Assembly (NCBI GenBank): GCA_963695335.1
Contig: OY968764.1
Coordinates: 1,302,685-1,366,684 of the forward strand
Direction of reading: 5' to 3'
DNA length: 64,000 bases
Source of the DNA: an uncultured bacterium
Lineage (GTDB): Bacteria; Babelota; Babeliae; Babelales; Vermiphilaceae
The first letter of the stretch is position 1. Every line of letters begins with the position of its first letter. Shown here piece after piece: positions 52,669 to 64,000 of the stretch. The notes beneath the pieces were generated by a model. It searched no databases, was not told the origin of the DNA, and saw nothing but the letters and a program-made list of their open reading frames with translations. Both the position numbers and the translations under genes were made by a program.

Positions 52669-52736
52669 CTTTTATCATATGAGGACGAGCGCGTAAGATT
52701 AAATGATTTTTTAATTTTTCTTAGATCGAACTCACG

Positions 52737-53903
52737 TTAATTATTAAGCAATCTATTAAAAATATTTTCTAATTCTTTAGTCGATTGCTTAATTTCAAAC
52801 TCATCTTCAACTTTTTTTCTTCCCGCCAACTCTACAGATTTCCATATTTCTGGATGACTGATAATATAATCAATTGTATGTGTTAATTCCGTTACGCTTT
52901 CTTCTGCCACTAAAAATCCAGATATTCCATCATCAATCAACTCAGATGTCCCAGCATGCCACGTGCTCACAGCAATAAGTCCCATGGCCATTGCTTCTTT
53001 TAACGCATTGGCAATACCTTCTTCATTTCCATCACTCGATTTTTTTGACGGCAACATAAAAATATGAGATTTATCTAAAATAGAAGCAACTTCTTCATGG
53101 CTTTTCCACCCACAAAATGTAACATTATCCTGAAGATGTAATTGATATACTAATAACTCCAAATACGTTCGTTCTTCACCATCACCAACAATAAAGTAAT
53201 GCACTTTAGGATATTTTCTTACAATTTCAGCAAAAGCTTTTATTGCGTCATCTATACCTTTTTTCTGGACAAGTCTACAAGTAGAAACAAAATTTATGTA
53301 ATCATCGCTTGGTTTATGACGTAATCTAAATGGAAATTGTGAACTATCGATAGCAGAATGATGTACTTCTATTTTTGATTTTTTACAACCAAGCGCAATA
53401 AGTTTTTTTTTAAAATAATCACACACAGGTAAAAAAAGATCTGCTTGTTTTAATACTTTCTTATATCTTGCTGGATTCTGCTGAAGATGTGCTGTAATAT
53501 CAGATCCTCTAATGCAAACAGCGACTTTTCTTTGCTTAAGCCATTCTGATAGACGTGGCATTTCAAAAATTTTTTGACCTAAATACCCAAATTGACAAAA
53601 AACAATATCGCATTGAGGTAATTTTGCAGGAAGATTTTTATACATAATACATTTCAATAAACCGTATTTTTCAATATTAGGATGCATACCAACTAATGAA
53701 TCTTTATGAAATGAAAAAATGGAAACATCATGTCCCCGCTCTATAAGTTCTGTCATTATATTTAAAATAAAAATTTGTGAAGGAGAAGGAAAATGCCCTA
53801 ATATAAAAAGTATGCGCAATGGTTTTTCAGCACAACTTATCGAATGGAATAAACAGATACATAATACAACACTAACTTTATATAGCAACATTCTTTTTTT
53901 CAT
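52737..53903 (-). CDS. GT4 glycosyltransferase (WcaL/AmsK-like) with signal peptide
   Basis: RGSDIT, RLVQKKG, EEGIANALKEAMAMG. Confidence 0.9.
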   Translation of the reverse strand: MKKRMLLYKVSVVLCICLFHSISCAEKPLRILFILGHFPSPSQIFILNIMTELIERGHDVSIFSFHKDSLVGMHPNIEKYGLLKCIMYKNLPAKLPQCDIVFCQFGYLGQKIFEMPRLSEWLKQRKVAVCIRGSDITAHLQQNPARYKKVLKQADLFLPVCDYFKKKLIALGCKKSKIEVHHSAIDSSQFPFRLRHKPSDDYINFVSTCRLVQKKGIDDAIKAFAEIVRKYPKVHYFIVGDGEERTYLELLVYQLHLQDNVTFCGWKSHEEVASILDKSHIFMLPSKKSSDGNEEGIANALKEAMAMGLIAVSTWHAGTSELIDDGISGFLVAEESVTELTHTIDYIISHPEIWKSVELAGRKKVEDEFEIKQSTKELENIFNRLLNN

Positions 53904-53919
53904 AAACAAATAACCATAT

Positions 53920-54843
53920 TTAAAATTGATAATCAACAATTGAATCTAATAACGCAATCAATTCATAGGCACTTTTATAACTTTTTACAATCATTAATTC
54001 ATAGTTTAATAATTTTTTTTCTATTCTTGCATCATACAAAAAACTACCCATACTAAATCCCGCTTGTTTTGCAAAATAACGTAATTGCTGTATTAATGCA
54101 TTTGGCTTATGCTTACGTAATAAAAATTTTAAAGTGTTTCTCATATGTCTTAATGCGTTAACTTCATCTTGGTTAAAAACAATCTTTTCTTCTTGAATCA
54201 TATACAAAAGTTTTTTGCATGCTAACTTGCATAAATCCTTATCAAAAGTATCATCCATATCAATTGCACAGAATCTATCTGTAATAGGATCATAACAAAG
54301 ATTTCCACAATGCCGATCTGAATTTCCTATAAACAGATCTAAAGCTACAATTTCAGGCAGTTGCGGATGCCACGTCATGTGTTCAATAATTGCTTTTGTT
54401 AATCCCTTTTCTTTAAATGTCTGTGCTTGCGCCCAAAACTGTCTAAGTCTTAATGCATTATATCTACATTTAGGTTGCTTTCTTACGGTGTCTCCTTTTG
54501 CAATCGTATGTAATGTTGCTGGCCAAAACTGCTGTATTTTCCCAGAAAACTGTTGTTTTGCTCCAATAATTTCAATCTCATGAGCAATGCCGCGCAATGT
54601 CTTTGCAACATATGCCGCTAAAGCATCACGTACAACCGACAACTGTTTTTTATAATCTTTTTTTTGTTTTATTAAATAAATTCTTCCATCAATCAATATA
54701 TAACTAATAAAACAGTTCTTGGTTTCAATTGTATTAACAATAGAAATATCTTCTCTTGCTTGATCAATTGATCTTGAAAATTTAGAAAATATAGGAAAAA
54801 TTATTATAAACGACAAAGCAACCAGCACATGTATCACGCGCAT
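53920..54843 (-). CDS. Exported atypical kinase (same family as 40895-42713)
   Basis: YLIKQK, DLFIGNSDRHCGN, AIDMD. Confidence 0.7.
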   Translation of the reverse strand: MRVIHVLVALSFIIIFPIFSKFSRSIDQAREDISIVNTIETKNCFISYILIDGRIYLIKQKKDYKKQLSVVRDALAAYVAKTLRGIAHEIEIIGAKQQFSGKIQQFWPATLHTIAKGDTVRKQPKCRYNALRLRQFWAQAQTFKEKGLTKAIIEHMTWHPQLPEIVALDLFIGNSDRHCGNLCYDPITDRFCAIDMDDTFDKDLCKLACKKLLYMIQEEKIVFNQDEVNALRHMRNTLKFLLRKHKPNALIQQLRYFAKQAGFSMGSFLYDARIEKKLLNYELMIVKSYKSAYELIALLDSIVDYQF

Positions 54844-54887
54844 TGCTACTACCTTTTTTCATTTTTTTACATTAATAAATAACAATA

Positions 54888-55814
54888 CTACTTCTTTTTT
54901 GGTCTTTTAATAATATCATTCAAAATTGATATCAATTTATATGTACTATGATAACTTTGAACAATAATATCTTTGTGTAATTCTATTTTTTTTGTAACAC
55001 CATGATTCACTTTTGAATCATCATCAACATATCCCGCTTGTTGAGCACATTGATAAAGGTGAGCTATAATCTGATCTGGATTATAATTTTGCAATAATAA
55101 TTCGAGAGTTTTTTTCATTTTTTTAAGAGCTTTTCTCTCTTTTTTACTGAATTTTTTATGATCTGATCTCATTTTTTTTAAATTTTGATATGCAAATTCA
55201 GGTAAATTACGTCTATAAATATTATCCATATCAATTGCGCAGAACTTATCTGTTTGTTCATCATAAAAAAGATTTCCACGATGACGATCACTGTTACAAA
55301 TAAACAGATCCAAAGCTATAATAATAGGGAGCTGTTTATGCCATGTCATTTGAGAAATAATATTTTCATCCAACCATCTATTAAGAACTTTTTCATCAAG
55401 ATTATTAAGATTTCTCTGTTGCAAAGATAATTGAAAATATTTATGCCCTTCCCCCAAGCTCCGGACTGTTTTCCCTGGAGCAATTGACAGTAGAGTTGCA
55501 GGACAATGATTATATATCTTTCCAGGAACATCATCATCTGGAGCAATAATCTCAACAGAATGAGCTACTCCGAGTTCTTTTGCAACATATGCCGCCAATG
55601 CATCTCGAATAACTGATATTACTGTTTTTTGACACTCTTTTTTTTGTTTAACAATATATCTCACTGCATCCATAACTATATAACTAATAAAAGCATTGGG
55701 TGATTCAAAACCACCTTCTAAAAATACTGTCCGATTCTCTGAAATATGAGGAGATGAAAACATTGCTGCATTACTTAATAAAACAATCACATAGAACATT
55801 ACTCGTGTTACCAT
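54888..55814 (-). CDS. Exported atypical kinase (same family)
   Basis: YIVKQK, DLFICNSDRHRGN, AIDMD. Confidence 0.7.
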   Translation of the reverse strand: MVTRVMFYVIVLLSNAAMFSSPHISENRTVFLEGGFESPNAFISYIVMDAVRYIVKQKKECQKTVISVIRDALAAYVAKELGVAHSVEIIAPDDDVPGKIYNHCPATLLSIAPGKTVRSLGEGHKYFQLSLQQRNLNNLDEKVLNRWLDENIISQMTWHKQLPIIIALDLFICNSDRHRGNLFYDEQTDKFCAIDMDNIYRRNLPEFAYQNLKKMRSDHKKFSKKERKALKKMKKTLELLLQNYNPDQIIAHLYQCAQQAGYVDDDSKVNHGVTKKIELHKDIIVQSYHSTYKLISILNDIIKRPKKK

Positions 55815-55840
55815 AATCTTCTTTCCTTTTTTTTCTTTTA

Positions 55841-57031
55841 TTATTTTCTTTCTAGAAGATTATAAAAAATAGCTTCTAATTTATCATTTTCCTTTTCATT
55901 ATCAAACTCTTTATGCACTTTGTATGCAGCAGCTAACTGCATTACAGACCATTGCAAACTGTTTTGTAATAAATATTCAATTTTTTGTACAATAGCTTTG
56001 CTATCACGTTCAGGAACAAGATAACCAGATACACCATCCTCAACCAATTCACCATTACCTGAATGATGAGTAGCAACAACAAGAAGTCCCATAGCCATTG
56101 CTTCTTTTAAAACATTGGCAATGCCTTCTTGATCATTATTCTGAGCTGTTACGCTTGGTAAAATAAAAAAATGTGCTTTATTTAAAATATCGATATACTC
56201 TTCATGGGTATGCCAAGAATCAAGACGTATATTATATTCTGCATGCAACTTTTTAATAAGTTTTTTATACTTTTGTTTTAATACACCATCACCAATAATA
56301 GTATATTTTATGTACGGATATTTTTTGATTAATTGAGCTACAGCCTGAATGGCGTATTCAAATCCTTTTTTTTCTACAAATCTACCAGCACTTACAATAT
56401 TGATGGCTCCGTGCAAAGGTAATTTTCTTAACTTAAATGTAAATTTTGAACAATCAATTGAAGAATGATGAACAACAATTTTATCTGCGGGACAACCAAG
56501 TGATTGAAGTATCTTTTTAAATGCTCCACACACAGGCATAAAAAGATCACAACTATCGAAATATTCTCGATATGCATAAGGGTTTTCTTGTAAAAATCCA
56601 GTAATGTCATAACCACGTAAGCAAACAGCAACTTTTCCCTTATAATTATGCGTTTTTTTAATATCAAAAAGCTTATGTCCAAGCTGAAAAACAACAATAT
56701 CATATTCATCTAAAGAATCGGGTAATTCAAAAAAAGTTTTATTAAGAAGGTCGTATGTAATAACATCTTGCTGCATTTGAGAATGATCACCTTTTTTTAA
56801 AGCATAAATATGAACATCATGCCCTCTATCAATCAATCCTGTCATCTGATTCAACATACAAATGTCATGAATTTTAGGAAAAGAAGGCACAACCATCAGA
56901 ATTTTCATAGGAGATTGTATCTCTTGTGCTATAACTGCTGATATTGAAAAAATAAAAGATAATAAAAAAAAGACTCGAACACATACTTCTTTATTTTTCA
57001 TCATCAAGTCTTTCATATTTTTATTCTTCAC
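55841..57031 (-). CDS. GT4 glycosyltransferase (WcaL/AmsK-like) with signal peptide
   Basis: RGYDIT, GRFVEKKG, QEGIANVLKEAMAMG. Confidence 0.9.
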   Translation of the reverse strand: MKNKNMKDLMMKNKEVCVRVFFLLSFIFSISAVIAQEIQSPMKILMVVPSFPKIHDICMLNQMTGLIDRGHDVHIYALKKGDHSQMQQDVITYDLLNKTFFELPDSLDEYDIVVFQLGHKLFDIKKTHNYKGKVAVCLRGYDITGFLQENPYAYREYFDSCDLFMPVCGAFKKILQSLGCPADKIVVHHSSIDCSKFTFKLRKLPLHGAINIVSAGRFVEKKGFEYAIQAVAQLIKKYPYIKYTIIGDGVLKQKYKKLIKKLHAEYNIRLDSWHTHEEYIDILNKAHFFILPSVTAQNNDQEGIANVLKEAMAMGLLVVATHHSGNGELVEDGVSGYLVPERDSKAIVQKIEYLLQNSLQWSVMQLAAAYKVHKEFDNEKENDKLEAIFYNLLERK

Positions 57032-57038
57032 CTATTTT

Positions 57039-58133
57039 TTATTCTTCACATGCATAAATTTCAACCGATGACATATTCTTACATCTATCCCCAACAATAA
57101 ATAAATATTCATTAACATACCACTCATACATTTTTTCTAAGCCATAACGCAAAGATGTTTGTGGTGCATAATTAAATATTGTCTGTATTTTTTCTATGGA
57201 TGCATGTGTTTTTGGAACGTCACCAGAAAAAGTTGATGTATATTCAATATTGGCCTTTTTTTGTACAACATTCTCTATTATTGCAATAAAATCGCGTAGA
57301 ACAATAGGTTCACCGCGACCAATATTGACAATTTGATAGCCAAGTGGCGTATCAATGGCATTTATAATACCCTGCACAATATCATCAACATATGTAAAAT
57401 CTCGAATAGCGCTTCCATCTCCATAAACTGTAATTGGTCTATCACTATAAATAGCATCCATAAAAATAAATGGTGCCATATCAGTTCGACCTCGAGGACC
57501 ATATACAGTAAAAAAACGCAAATTAGTTATAGACATACCAAAAAGGTGATGATAAACATATGCTAATAATTCTCCTGCTCGCTTTGTCATACCGTAAGGA
57601 CTTGATTGTTTATCAACTGCATCAGATTCAGTAAATGGACCATCTTCACGAACTCCATACACACTACTACTTGATGCACATACAATATGTTGCACATCAG
57701 ATTTACGTGCAGCTTCAAAAATCGTTAACGTACCATCGTTATTAGTTCTAAAATATTCATGTGGATGAGTAATACTTTGACGAACTCCAGCACGTGCTGC
57801 AAGATGACACATGACGTCCGGTTTTTCAACTAAGCACAATGCTTCAACGGCATCTTTATCACAAATATCAATTTTATGCATTGAAAAATGATTATTATCA
57901 TCTGCTGCTTTAACCAACGAAATATTATATTCTTTAATTCTGTAATCATATGCATCATTGATATTATCAATGATCACAACATAATCGCCACGTTCTAATA
58001 GCTTTTGGGCAACATGACTACCAATAAAACCTGCACCACCTGTTAAAAGAATTTTTTTTGCGTATATTTTCGATGAAAAAATACAAAAAACAACAACTAA
58101 AATAAGACAAAATATATTGTCCTTTGTTATCAT
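57039..58133 (-). CDS. NAD-dependent nucleotide-sugar epimerase (UDP-glucuronate 4-epimerase-like) with N-terminal hydrophobic leader
   Basis: TGGAGFIG, HLAARAGVR, ASSSSVYG, YGMTK, LRFFTVYGPRGR. Confidence 0.9.
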   Translation of the reverse strand: MITKDNIFCLILVVVFCIFSSKIYAKKILLTGGAGFIGSHVAQKLLERGDYVVIIDNINDAYDYRIKEYNISLVKAADDNNHFSMHKIDICDKDAVEALCLVEKPDVMCHLAARAGVRQSITHPHEYFRTNNDGTLTIFEAARKSDVQHIVCASSSSVYGVREDGPFTESDAVDKQSSPYGMTKRAGELLAYVYHHLFGMSITNLRFFTVYGPRGRTDMAPFIFMDAIYSDRPITVYGDGSAIRDFTYVDDIVQGIINAIDTPLGYQIVNIGRGEPIVLRDFIAIIENVVQKKANIEYTSTFSGDVPKTHASIEKIQTIFNYAPQTSLRYGLEKMYEWYVNEYLFIVGDRCKNMSSVEIYACEE

Positions 58134-58262
58134 TTTACTCTTCTTTCTTTTTTTTCAATAAACTTTTATATCAAAAAAGTAAAATATAGACTGGTATCAA
58201 GTCAAGAACAACAATAAAAAAGAAGGGGATTTATATAAAGAATAGTAAGAAATAAACAAACA

Positions 58263-58294
58263 AAAAGCCTCATCAAAAAATGATGAGGCTTTTT
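58263..58294 (-). terminator. rRNA operon terminator hairpin
   Basis: aaaagcctcatca-loop-tgatgaggctttt. Confidence 0.75.
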
Positions 58295-58301
58295 AAATTA
58301 A

Positions 58302-58417
58302 TTCTGGCACTACCTAACTTCCCAGGCCGTTACCAACCAAGTATGCTCAGCGCTGTGGACTTTACTACCGTATTCGGAATGGTGACGGGTGTTTCCCCAC
58401 AGCTATATGCACCAGAA
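58302..58417 (-). rRNA. rrf: 5S rRNA
   Basis: tctgg...ccaga terminal helix; conserved CCGAA loop; downstream of 23S; ends approximate. Confidence 0.9.
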
Positions 58418-58567
58418 ATTTTTTATTCCATTAATTATAATTATAACAAATTTAATTAATGTTGAAAAATTTTTATCAAAATTATATCAAAGTATTAACT
58501 TTAATGCAATCCTGAAATATATGTATTAATGAATGCTGAATGAGTAACCTAAATTTTTTATAAATGC

Positions 58568-61630
<3,063 letters not shown>

Positions 61631-61758
61631 ACAAATTTTGTTGGTTACTCAAACATTGAGCACTCATTAATACATATATTTCAAAGATCGCAAATTTTTT
61701 ATATCACTACTCTTTTTTTACATACCATACACAAGAAAAAAAATAAGAAGATAACTTT

Positions 61759-61834
61759 TGGTGGAGATGAGCGGATTCGAACCGCTGACCTACCGCGTGC
61801 AAAACGGTCGCTCTGCCAACTGAGCTACACCCCC
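61759..61834 (-). tRNA. tRNA-Ala(TGC)
   Basis: ITS tRNA, anticodon TGC, G3:U70 pair. Confidence 0.95.
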
Positions 61835-61997
61835 GAGCTTTCACGCTGGGCATCGCCAATAATGTAGAACAAAAGCAAATCATTGATGTGCTTATGACTT
61901 GGAACAATACCCTTAAACAATATTGCCTATAGCCCACGCATGGTAGAATTTTAACCACCAAACTTTCGTTTGGAAAATTTTTAAAATTAAAACCTTA

Positions 61998-62074
61998 TGG
62001 TGGGCCTAAGTCGACTCGAACGACTGACCTCTCCGTTATCAGCGGAGTGCTCTAACCAGCTGAGCTATAGGCCC
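61998..62074 (-). tRNA. tRNA-Ile(GAT)
   Basis: ITS tRNA, anticodon GAT. Confidence 0.95.
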
Positions 62075-62171
62075 ATAAGCCGTATCTATCAATTTTCTCA
62101 ACAGGACCCAGTATTTAATAACACCTTATATAGAACAAACATTAAAAAATATTTGTCCAGAATCTCCCTCG

Positions 62172-63718
<1,547 letters not shown>

Positions 63719-63870
63719 CTGATTTGAATTAACTGGGATCCTATCGAAAAAATCGATAGATACGAAACTTTTCTTGTGTATTTCAAAGAACTTATAATTT
63801 TTTTAATTTTCTTAAATATAACGACTGATTCGCGGTTTGTTAAAAACGTTTTAATCAATTGTTATTGAAA

Positions 63871-63898
63871 ATTATAAACCTATTTCACACTAAGTCAA
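63871..63898 (-). promoter_or_regulatory. sigma70 promoter of the rRNA operon
   Basis: TTGACT-16 nt-TATAAT on the minus strand with an AT-rich upstream region. Confidence 0.75.
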
Positions 63899-64000
63899 CA
63901 CTTTTTTACAACTTTTTTAAAAAAAAATTTATAAGCCCTAAAGTCTATCTTCATATTTAATGAATAATACGAAACTTTTACGCAACACAATATCAATGAA

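Larger units (their letters stand above)
51508..52683 (-). mobile_element. Complete IS110-family element bounded by CT core dinucleotides
   Basis: Removing it restores a 39-bp repeat; AG at 51508-9 and 52682-3; sub-terminal IR tatgatcaaag / cttttatcata (10/11 match). Confidence 0.92.
51296..52743. repeat. Composite palindromic element: 24-bp outer inverted repeats enclosing an inverted pair of 39-bp family-B repeats, the right one interrupted by IS110
   Basis: taattaacgtgagttcgatttaag (51296-51319) and cttagatcgaactcacgttaatta (52720-52743); repeat 51354-51392 versus 51480-51509 joined to 52684-52692. Confidence 0.85.

Noticed and set aside
61840..61950. Long imperfect hairpin between tRNA-Ile and tRNA-Ala as a separate ncRNA
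   Set aside because: ITS regions commonly form processing stems; no independent evidence

Overview
AT-rich bacterial chromosome segment. Many orphan, signal-peptide-bearing ankyrin/F-box/Skp1-like proteins suggest a protist-associated lineage such as Ca. Dependentiae/TM6 (inference, not verified). Core genes: arfB, alaX, rph-pnp-rpsO, a tRNA cluster with rpmG-secE-nusG-rplKAJL-rpoBC, tsaE, a solitary atpG, murA, radA and a complete minus-strand rRNA operon. pnp, rpoB, rpoC and rplK carry 11 single-base insertions that look like sequencing errors. The main result is an intact IS110-family element (51508-52683) inserted at a CT core inside a chromosomal palindromic repeat. Its non-coding left end reads as a complete bridge RNA: target-loop guides match the flanking repeat, donor-loop guides match the circle junction, and a sigma70 promoter forms only on circularisation. 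Other findings: 30-bp palindromic elements inserted in frame and nested inside a membrane protease gene; a secreted Skp1-like/F-box-like cluster; two tandem caspase-fold (clan CD)-like proteins; and an epimerase/GT4/atypical-kinase operon whose products all carry N-terminal export signals.
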